This document shows, piece after piece, positions 29,565-37,399 of a stretch of 37,399 nucleotides of DNA (position 1 is the first letter of the stretch; each line of letters opens with the position of its first letter). The stretch spans positions 1-37,399 of the forward strand of contig JAKQQL010000031.1 in NCBI GenBank assembly GCA_029564175.1, in the 5' to 3' direction. Position numbers and translations under genes: made by a program. The DNA comes from Candidatus Cloacimonadota bacterium. GTDB taxonomy: Bacteria > Cloacimonadota > Cloacimonadia > Cloacimonadales > WRIO01. Under the pieces are notes generated by a model. That model was not told the DNA's origin. It saw only the letters and a list, made by a program, of their open reading frames with translations, and did no database searches.

Positions 29565-29771
29565 ATGAGTGTAAAGCTACGTGTACAGTAAAAGATTAGG
29601 TTTTACAATCTCACAAAAAGTGAAAAATAACATTGTAGTACAATTTGAGAAGTTAGTCAGATGTATAATGTATAAACTAAGTGTCTAACTAAAAGTGATT
29701 AAAAGAAATACAGATGATTAACAAGGGAATGGAAAATATGTTTGATAAAAAAAGAATAAGTATAAGTGTCA

Positions 29772-29811
29772 TTTTCATTGACAATGAAAAACTTAGTTGA
29801 CAAAATTGACA
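29772..29811 (+). promoter_or_regulatory. Promoter/operator upstream of the sigma54 activator
   Basis: Palindrome TTTTCATTG-A-CAATGAAAA (29772-29790); TTGACA at 29778, 29797 and 29806; TTGACA-17 bp-CAAAAT. Confidence 0.55.
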
Positions 29812-29851
29812 ACATTATTTGAATAAGCTTAACGAATAGTGGGGAGCAAAG

Positions 29852-32800
29852 ATGAAAGAAGTGCTGGATAAGGTTTTAACACAAATACTGACAAATAAGA
29901 CAGATATTGTTGAAGAGATTCTTAAAGAACTGGAGACAGACAAAAGTCAGCTGATAGAAATCGTTGGCCAGTCCGGAACAGGAAAATCTTACCTTTTCAA
30001 GAAATTATCTCAGATGTTGCAGAATAAGAATATTATTCATTTAAAGTTTATACCACAGTATTTTGCTTTTAATCAGATCAGAGAGATTGTCAAACTCATT
30101 ACCAAGGTAAATGATGAAGATTTCTACAGAGATATTCGTAATGCCTGGGATTTTGAAACTAACAGCAAGTATGACTTTTTCTATTTTTTAAGTGATGTCT
30201 TAAAGCAGAAATCCCTTTTAAAACCATCTCTGATTCTGATTGATAATGCCGATTTACTCGATCAGTATTCAATAGATTTTATTCAGTATCTTGTACAGTT
30301 TGCCCACGAAAGTAAAATTCAGATAATTACTTTTAGTTTAGCTGAGTTATTTCCTTTCAGTACCAAAAAAACATTGAAATACCTGAAATCTAAAGATATT
30401 GCAGAATTGCTGAAAGAATTATTTCCTGGTGATAATAAAAAGTATGATTCTGATGCCGAAATTATTGAGAATATGACAGGAGGAAATGTTTTTTTAATTG
30501 AAAACCTGATTTTGTCATCTGTTGTCAACGATAAAGGCTCTAAACTGGAATTCCAAAAACAACTCAATAAAATAAGCAACGTTCAGACCCTTATGCTGGA
30601 AAAGCTGAGTCAGCTGGATGATTTTGACATCGATTGTATGATTTATATCTGGCTTTTTGATCGAAGAGCTGGGAAAGAATCTCTGGCAGATTTGTTAAAA
30701 CTGAAATCTCCAAAGTTAGACAAAGCACTCAATAAACTGGTTTCTGAACATTATATCGGAATCATTAATGATAGCTATTATATCAGAAAAGTAAAATTGT
30801 TTAGCGAATTTGTGAGAACTCAAATCTCTGATAAATTATGTGTTTATGTTTCAAAATTTCTATCTTATATCCAGTCAAATCAAGTTTCTGACATCAATCT
30901 GGCAAAGTATTATATCTTGAAAAATGAATTTAAACAGGACATATTTGAAGACAATATTGTCTATTTAAAGCAGATTAACGACCATAATGCCCTGCTTGAA
31001 ATCTACCAGTTTTTACTGGATCACCAAAAACAAATTAAAGAGCAGATTCAGACACTGAAAGAAATAGGTGTGATTTATCGTAAATTAAAACAGTTTGAAA
31101 ATGCTGCTGATACATTCAGGCAGGCTTTGAGACTCAGTGCGACTCAACAAATTGCCATGGAAGAAATTGTCTATCTGCTATCCAGAACCCTGTATGAACT
31201 CAATTCCAATAGTTTTGCCCTTGAAATCATTAAAACCTATGACAATGAAGCATTTGATCCGATATGGAAAGCCAGAATCGAACTGCTTAAAGCAGAGATT
31301 GTAACTGAGCTGGAAGACTTTAATACGGCATTGGAATCAGTTGATATAGCGATTGAATACTCAGTTCAAATTGACACAAAATATCTTCGGAATTCGATAC
31401 AGGCAGAAGCAAAAAAAGTAAAAGGGAAGATTTTCTACTTCTCAAATCTGTGGGAAAAAGCGGAAGCCTCTTTTAAAGAAGCAGAATCCCTCTATAAATC
31501 TATTGAAAATACTTACGGACTGGCAGCAATTTACAACAATATCGGTGTGCTGAAAATGTTTCAAGGGGAATGGGATACGACTGAAAAACTTTATCTAGCC
31601 AGTCTGGAACTGGAGAAGAAGCATTATAACCTGGAAGGAATTGCTGTTTGCTATAATAATCTTGGTGGTTTGGCTGATGATCAGGGGGATTACCGGAAAT
31701 CTCTTTACTACTTCAATGAAGCGTTAGTGATTCAAAAACTCCTTTCTGAACGTTACAATATCAGTAATTGCTACAACAACATCGGCGTAACCTATATGGA
31801 TAACGGGGAATATGATAAAGCCATAGAAGCTTATGAAAAATCGCTGGAAACAGCTATCAACTTTGGTTTATTTAAAAATGTGATTGCCAGCCTGAACAAT
31901 CTGGGGGCTGTTTATTTTAAAACAGGTAACTGGAGTAAAGCAATCGAATACTACGAGTCTGCGATTAGTAAATCTAAAGAGATGGGCTTTATGGAAGGGC
32001 TTCTGAGATCGTACAACAATTTGGGTGAATTATATGAAAAACGGGGTGAGTATAATCTGGCTTATGACCTGTATTTCAAAGGACAGGAGATTATTCCCAA
32101 TACCAATGATGACTATCTGAAAGCTGAGTTATACGGTAACCTCGGTTCTGTCCTGACTCAGTTACATAAATTTGGTGAAGCCTATGGTTTTCTGGTGGAA
32201 AGCTATGATTTCTTTAAATCGCTAAATGCGAAAGACAAGATTTTTGAGAGCAGTCTCAAACATGCCTGGTATTTCATCCAGACCAGAAACTATGAAAGTG
32301 CTGATTACTATTTGAACCTCTCCAGCAAGACTGCCAATGAGTTGAATAATCTGTTCTATATTGGACAGGTGAAATATCTCAGAGCAATTCTGGAAAAGAA
32401 AGATGTTGAAAAGTCAAGACAATTCCTTGAAGAAGCGATAGAACTGTTTAAAGAAAACAAAAATCTCTTTGAATTGTCACTTGCTTACTATGAATATGCT
32501 GTGATTCTGAATGAATCGGGAGACTGGGAACAGGCTTTGCATATTTTGACTAACAATCGCAAAATTGTGAAAGATTATGGGGCGATAAAGTTTTTAGAAC
32601 AGAATGATATGCTGTCTCAGAAGATTACCAAGGAACATTCGGTTGATCTGAAAGAGACTAAATTCCAGGAATCCCTGCTGAATAAATTCTCTGATATTAT
32701 TCAAAAGCTTAATTCTATCACGGATTTTGATGTACTCTTAGAGACTTCTCTGGATCTGTTGGTAGAGTTTTCTGAAGCAGATGGCGGGGTATTATGCCTT

Positions 32801-34132
32801 TACAATTCCAGAAATCTGCCTGATTCATGGGAATACAAACAATTTAATCATTATTCAAACAATGAAAAAGACTATGACTCTATGATGGATCTGATTCAGA
32901 AGTCCTATACCAATAATCAGAACTATACCTATAAACAACCCTATTTTGCCATGCAATATAACGATATAGCGACTTTCTCCCTGAACATCCGTAATCATAC
33001 TTCGGGTGTGATCTTACTGTTCAGTAAGCATGGATCCCATTATTTTGCAGAGAAAATGATCAATCTGCTCAATTCTCTCTGTAATCAGATTATTGTGATT
33101 ATCGAGAATATCAGGCATAGTAATCTGGCAAAATCGCATGCTGTTTTACGTGAAGAGCTGGAATCAGGCAATCAGTTTACCAACATTGTCGGTAAAAGCC
33201 CAAAAATGAATAAAATCTTTGATCTGATCGATAAGATCAAAGATGCTCCGACTACCATTTTGATTGAAGGACCGAGCGGAACCGGTAAGGAACTGATCGC
33301 CAGAGCCATTCATTATAACAGTAACCGGCGTAACAAGAAGTTTGTTGCCCAGTACTGTGGCGCTTTACCTGAAACCCTGCTGGAAAGTGAATTGTTTGGT
33401 CATGTAAAAGGCTCTTTCACCGGCGCAACCTATGATAAAAAAGGTCTTTTTGAGATTGCTGACGGTGGAACCTTCTTCCTGGATGAGATTGCCGATATCA
33501 GTCTTTCCACTCAGGCAAAACTGCTTCGCTTCTTACAGGAAGGCGAAATCAAACGGGTTGGCTCTACCAAAACAGAAAAAGTGGATGTGAGAGTGATTTG
33601 TGCCACAAATGTTTCTCTGCTTGATAAGGTGAAAAAAGGAGAATTCAGGCTTGATCTTTATTATCGCTTAAATGTGATAAGACTTCAGGTGCCTTCTCTT
33701 TCAGAAAGAAAATCCGATATACCACTCCTGGCGATTCATTTTCTCGATAAATACAATCAGAAGATAAAAAAACGTGTCATGGGCATAACGGATGAATCCA
33801 TGAAATATCTCATCAATTACGAGTGGCCGGGCAATATCAGACAGCTGGAAAATGAAGTGGAAAGAGCGGTTACGCTTGCAGAAAATGACAGTTTTATCAA
33901 ACCGAATGATCTATCCGAAGAAGTGTATAAATTTTCGGAAAATACTGAAACAGTTGCCATGATTAATACCAAAATGACACTCAAGGATGCAATCGAAGAT
34001 CTGGAAAAACGCATGATTGAAAGAACCATGCTTGATACCAAATGGAATCAGAGTCATGCAGCTAAACTGCTTGGCTTAAGCCGTCAGGGTCTGATTAAAA
34101 AACTCAAGCGATACAATATCACAGAAAAATAG
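29852..34132 (+). CDS. sigma54-dependent transcriptional activator: P-loop NTPase, TPR repeats, GAF-like region, sigma54 AAA+ domain, Fis HTH
   Basis: N-terminal GQSGTGKS and LILIDNAD; many YNNIG/NNLG TPR repeats; GPSGTGKE, ESELFGH, GSFTGA, FLDEI, RLDLYYRL, WPGNIRQL; AAKLLGLSR HTH. Confidence 0.95.
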   Translation: MKEVLDKVLTQILTNKTDIVEEILKELETDKSQLIEIVGQSGTGKSYLFKKLSQMLQNKNIIHLKFIPQYFAFNQIREIVKLITKVNDEDFYRDIRNAWDFETNSKYDFFYFLSDVLKQKSLLKPSLILIDNADLLDQYSIDFIQYLVQFAHESKIQIITFSLAELFPFSTKKTLKYLKSKDIAELLKELFPGDNKKYDSDAEIIENMTGGNVFLIENLILSSVVNDKGSKLEFQKQLNKISNVQTLMLEKLSQLDDFDIDCMIYIWLFDRRAGKESLADLLKLKSPKLDKALNKLVSEHYIGIINDSYYIRKVKLFSEFVRTQISDKLCVYVSKFLSYIQSNQVSDINLAKYYILKNEFKQDIFEDNIVYLKQINDHNALLEIYQFLLDHQKQIKEQIQTLKEIGVIYRKLKQFENAADTFRQALRLSATQQIAMEEIVYLLSRTLYELNSNSFALEIIKTYDNEAFDPIWKARIELLKAEIVTELEDFNTALESVDIAIEYSVQIDTKYLRNSIQAEAKKVKGKIFYFSNLWEKAEASFKEAESLYKSIENTYGLAAIYNNIGVLKMFQGEWDTTEKLYLASLELEKKHYNLEGIAVCYNNLGGLADDQGDYRKSLYYFNEALVIQKLLSERYNISNCYNNIGVTYMDNGEYDKAIEAYEKSLETAINFGLFKNVIASLNNLGAVYFKTGNWSKAIEYYESAISKSKEMGFMEGLLRSYNNLGELYEKRGEYNLAYDLYFKGQEIIPNTNDDYLKAELYGNLGSVLTQLHKFGEAYGFLVESYDFFKSLNAKDKIFESSLKHAWYFIQTRNYESADYYLNLSSKTANELNNLFYIGQVKYLRAILEKKDVEKSRQFLEEAIELFKENKNLFELSLAYYEYAVILNESGDWEQALHILTNNRKIVKDYGAIKFLEQNDMLSQKITKEHSVDLKETKFQESLLNKFSDIIQKLNSITDFDVLLETSLDLLVEFSEADGGVLCLYNSRNLPDSWEYKQFNHYSNNEKDYDSMMDLIQKSYTNNQNYTYKQPYFAMQYNDIATFSLNIRNHTSGVILLFSKHGSHYFAEKMINLLNSLCNQIIVIIENIRHSNLAKSHAVLREELESGNQFTNIVGKSPKMNKIFDLIDKIKDAPTTILIEGPSGTGKELIARAIHYNSNRRNKKFVAQYCGALPETLLESELFGHVKGSFTGATYDKKGLFEIADGGTFFLDEIADISLSTQAKLLRFLQEGEIKRVGSTKTEKVDVRVICATNVSLLDKVKKGEFRLDLYYRLNVIRLQVPSLSERKSDIPLLAIHFLDKYNQKIKKRVMGITDESMKYLINYEWPGNIRQLENEVERAVTLAENDSFIKPNDLSEEVYKFSENTETVAMINTKMTLKDAIEDLEKRMIERTMLDTKWNQSHAAKLLGLSRQGLIKKLKRYNITEK

Positions 34133-34138
34133 AATATA

Positions 34139-37000
34139 ATGGAATCTCCAAATAGTATAGAATCTCAATTTTCTTTTGTTGTTTTTGATACAGAGACAAC
34201 AGGACTGAGCAGTTATAACGATGAAATTATAGAGCTTGCAGCTGTCCGTTATACCAAAGGCCTGGTGACAGATTCATTTACCTGTTTCATCAGACCAGAA
34301 AAAGAAGTGCCACCATTTATTTACAAACTGACCAATATCAAACCGGAAGATTTGAAACAGGGTGTCTCTATCAAAAAGGCTTTAACTGACTTTTATGACT
34401 TCATTAAATCAGATGATATTCTGCTGGCTCATAATGCCCCCTTTGATGTAGGCTTTATCAATGCAAAAAGTAAGTTTACGCTTGGAAAAAAACTCTACAA
34501 TAATGTGGTTGATACCTGTGATCTGGCCAGAATACTCTTGCCAACACTCAGTAATCATAAGCTGGAAACGCTGGTTGAACACTACGGGCTCGAGAATGAG
34601 AGCGCACACAGAGCTATTTACGATGCTGATGTTACCGGCAAGATTTTCTATAAAATGCTGGAAGAAGCCTCTGATAACCTGAAGTTGGAAACTATTAATT
34701 TTATTTATAATGTTGCACTTTTCAGTATGCCTGAAAGCGCTCTGACCGATGTCATCAGAGAGCTGAGAAATCATGTTTTAAAACATTCTCTGGTTAAATC
34801 AAAAAAGGTAATGGAAACCAGCAGTAATTCCAACTATATCAATCATTCGCCTGAACATTATTCCACTTATGAAATGAATGATGTTTTTGAAGAAAATGGT
34901 TTGTTAAAAAAGAGTTTTGAACATTATCAGGTCAGACAGGGTCAGATTGACATGGCGAATGCCGTGATTAAAGCGCAGGAAAATGATGAATTTTTACTGG
35001 TGGAAGCAGGGACAGGGGTTGGAAAATCACTGGCTTATCTGATCCCATCGATTCAGTTTTGTTTTAAAAAAGATGAAAAAGTCATTGTCTCTACCAATAC
35101 CAAAAACCTTCAGGAACAGCTGATCATGAAGGATCTGCCTCTGATTCAGAGTGCGATTGATACGCCATTTACAGCTGTGATTGTGAAGGGCAGGGAAAAC
35201 TACCTTTGCCGGAAGAAATGGCGTGAGATTTATAATGAGTTTACCATGAATGCCTCGGTGCAAAACTTTTCTCCATTTGAAGCGAATGGTTTGTTGTATC
35301 TCGCTGTTTGGGCACAAAATACACGCTCAGGGGATGTCTCTGAAAATCATGCCTTTGAAGGTTCTGACTTTTCTTTTATCTGGAAAAGGGTTGCTTCAGA
35401 AAGACACTTGTGTAATGGGAAAAAATGTTCAGAACACGGCTCCTGTTATCTGATGGATATTCGTTATAAAACAGAAAAAGCTAATATTGTGATTGTCAAT
35501 CATTCACTCTTATTTTCTGACTTCATGAATGAAAATAATACCCTGGGTACTGTGAATTATCTGGTAGTGGATGAAGCACATAATTTGCTCAATTCAGCCG
35601 CTCAGCATCTGGGCTTGTCAGTATCTTATCCTGATATTAATGGCTTTATCCATTCAATGTTTTCTCTGGGTAAGAAGTATCAGAATGGAATGCTGGTTAC
35701 TTTTAAAACCAATGCCATGAAAAGTCCGCTGACTGACAAGAAAAAAGAAGACCTTGTCAGAGTAGTGGATGATATGATTACTGATATAGAAGAACAACAT
35801 GAATGTCTGGAAACCCTTTTTAAAACCATTGCTAACTATGCCCGTGAAGCGAATAATTACGGAAAAATCAGGATAAAAGATATTTCTAAGTTTGGTCAGT
35901 TTACAGAAGACTCCAAAAAAGTAGTTTCTTATTTGTCTCTCTTATTGGAAAAAACAGAATTGCTGGTTCAAATGATGAAGGGGATCAGTTCAGACCGTTT
36001 TACAGAATATGACAATCAGCTGGCAGCCATTGAGGGCATCAGTGAAAGACTGTTTGAAATCATCAATGATTTGAAAGAAGTACAGGATCCTGATATAGAA
36101 AATAATACCTTGTGGTTTTCAACACTCAATGTAAAAGATGAAAATTATCCGGCAGGCGTGATCAATTATGCCCCGATAGAAGTGAATAAAATTTTGCCTG
36201 ATCTGATTTTTCATAAAGTGAAGAGCATCATATTTGCCTCTGCTACGATGGCTTTAAGAGGTTCATTTAAATATTTCTCCACAAATCTGGGGCTTGATAA
36301 TCTGAAAGATGTTGTTATAAATGAGATAGTTGTCGATTCTCCCTTTGATTATCCAAAACAGGCACTGGTTTTAAATACAACCTATCTGCCCAATAATAAC
36401 GATCCCTATTTCTCTCCACAGAGTCTGGATTTATTAAAGCGAATCATTGAAGCAAACCGAGTAGGCACAATGCTTCTTTTTACCTCTTATAAAGACCTGA
36501 ATACGGCTTATGAATCTCTGGAAGAAGTGTGTTATAAAAAAGATGTGACTCTGCTTGCTCAGGGTAAAACAGGCAGTCGAAGCGGAATCCTGAGAGATTT
36601 CAAAAAACAGGGCGATGCTGTCTTGCTGGGAACCAGTTCTTTCTGGGAAGGCGTCGATGTACAGGGAGAATCACTGTCATTGCTTGTGCTTTATAAATTA
36701 CCTTTCCAGGTACCATCTGATCCGATTGTGGAAGCTTATATTGAAAAACTGGAAAAACAAAATAAGAATTCCTTTATGCACTATTCCTTACCAAATGCCC
36801 TTCTAAAAATGAGACAGGGTTTTGGTCGCCTGATTCGAAGCAGTCAGGATTACGGCGTGGTGCTGATACTGGATAATCGTATTAAAACCAAAGAATACGG
36901 ACGGTATTTTGAAGAGATTCTGCCTACCAATATACGTTATGTACAAAATCCGGAACAGACGCTGAGTAATATCAAAATGTGGTTTGGTAAGATAAAGTAG
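34139..37000 (+). CDS. dinG: DinG-family helicase with N-terminal DEDDh 3'-5' exonuclease domain
   Basis: FDTETTG, AHNAPFD, HRAIYDA (exonuclease). EAGTGVGKS, KGRENYLC, DEAH, SAT, LFTSY, FWEGVD, QGFGRLIR (helicase). Confidence 0.93.
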   Translation: MESPNSIESQFSFVVFDTETTGLSSYNDEIIELAAVRYTKGLVTDSFTCFIRPEKEVPPFIYKLTNIKPEDLKQGVSIKKALTDFYDFIKSDDILLAHNAPFDVGFINAKSKFTLGKKLYNNVVDTCDLARILLPTLSNHKLETLVEHYGLENESAHRAIYDADVTGKIFYKMLEEASDNLKLETINFIYNVALFSMPESALTDVIRELRNHVLKHSLVKSKKVMETSSNSNYINHSPEHYSTYEMNDVFEENGLLKKSFEHYQVRQGQIDMANAVIKAQENDEFLLVEAGTGVGKSLAYLIPSIQFCFKKDEKVIVSTNTKNLQEQLIMKDLPLIQSAIDTPFTAVIVKGRENYLCRKKWREIYNEFTMNASVQNFSPFEANGLLYLAVWAQNTRSGDVSENHAFEGSDFSFIWKRVASERHLCNGKKCSEHGSCYLMDIRYKTEKANIVIVNHSLLFSDFMNENNTLGTVNYLVVDEAHNLLNSAAQHLGLSVSYPDINGFIHSMFSLGKKYQNGMLVTFKTNAMKSPLTDKKKEDLVRVVDDMITDIEEQHECLETLFKTIANYAREANNYGKIRIKDISKFGQFTEDSKKVVSYLSLLLEKTELLVQMMKGISSDRFTEYDNQLAAIEGISERLFEIINDLKEVQDPDIENNTLWFSTLNVKDENYPAGVINYAPIEVNKILPDLIFHKVKSIIFASATMALRGSFKYFSTNLGLDNLKDVVINEIVVDSPFDYPKQALVLNTTYLPNNNDPYFSPQSLDLLKRIIEANRVGTMLLFTSYKDLNTAYESLEEVCYKKDVTLLAQGKTGSRSGILRDFKKQGDAVLLGTSSFWEGVDVQGESLSLLVLYKLPFQVPSDPIVEAYIEKLEKQNKNSFMHYSLPNALLKMRQGFGRLIRSSQDYGVVLILDNRIKTKEYGRYFEEILPTNIRYVQNPEQTLSNIKMWFGKIK

Positions 37001-37018
37001 GATCTGTCATACGAACAA

Positions 37019-37058
37019 ATTCCCTCCATGGAGGGGTGGCACGAAGTGACGGGGTGGT
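37019..37058. repeat. GC-rich palindromic extragenic element after dinG
   Basis: CCCTCC-at-GGAGGG palindrome followed by GTGGCACGAAGTGACGGGGTGGT. Confidence 0.55.
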
Positions 37059-37061
37059 CGT

Positions 37062-37399
37062 TTTTCGCAAGCTGGTAGCTTACGGTACATTTTTCTCGCA
37101 AAGAACGCAAAGTACGCAAAGGTTGTAGGGCAAGCAACCTGCTTGCCATTCTCTTTTCGCAAGCGAGTAGCTTACGGTACATTTTTCTCGCAAAGAACGC
37201 AAAGTACGCAAAGAAAAAAATGTAACTACTCCGGTACTTGTTTACACAATGTGCAAATATCCTTGTCTGCAAAGGTTGTAGGGCAAGCAACCTGCTTGCC
37301 ATTCTCTTTTCGCAAGCGAGTAGCTTACGGTACATTTTTCTCGCAAAGAACGCAAAGTACGCAAAGAAAAAAAATGTAACTTCTCAGGTACTTGTTTAC
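37062..37399. repeat. Composite tandem repeat array (REP-like inverted pairs plus CGCAAAG x3 units), running off the window
   Basis: 60-bp unit at 37062, 37154 and 37307; ~130-bp direct repeat at 37116-37245 and 37269-37399 (period 153). Confidence 0.9.

Noticed and set aside
36937..37379. ORFs of 132 aa (-) and 78 aa (+)
   Set aside because: They are translations of the repeat array with internally repeated peptides and no convincing RBS.
37062..37399. CRISPR array
   Set aside because: The 60-bp unit is too long, the intervening sequences are themselves repeated rather than unique spacers, spacing is irregular, and no cas genes are in view.

Overview
Bacterial chromosome segment. The lineage is probably Candidatus Cloacimonadota (inference from NIKGQ-type C-terminal domains on secreted proteins and the general protein style). 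The core (7978-23040, +) is the ribosomal superoperon: tuf, the S10 and spc clusters, secY, then infA-rpmJ-rpsM-rpsK-rpsD-rpoA-rplQ. There is no fusA before tuf and no adk or map after secY. Left of it is a minus-strand, defence-like gene pair: a PLD-nuclease/SNF2 helicase fusion and an N6-adenine methyltransferase of type IIG/Eco57I style that runs off the window. Right of it are a minus-strand secreted-protease operon (a metzincin split by a T8 frameshift, and a C25 peptidase), a cluster of MITE/REP-like elements, a GT9 heptosyltransferase, a very large STAND-TPR-GAF sigma54 activator, an exonuclease-DinG helicase and a composite repeat array. The best candidate for an undescribed system is a pair of paralogous 185-200 aa basic proteins (7094-7651 and 28962-29564). 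Each is preceded by a pyrimidine-then-purine tract that can fold into a long stem-loop with a covarying closing stem, and each lies near a shared 20-bp palindromic motif. All calls come from reading the sequence; no searches were run.
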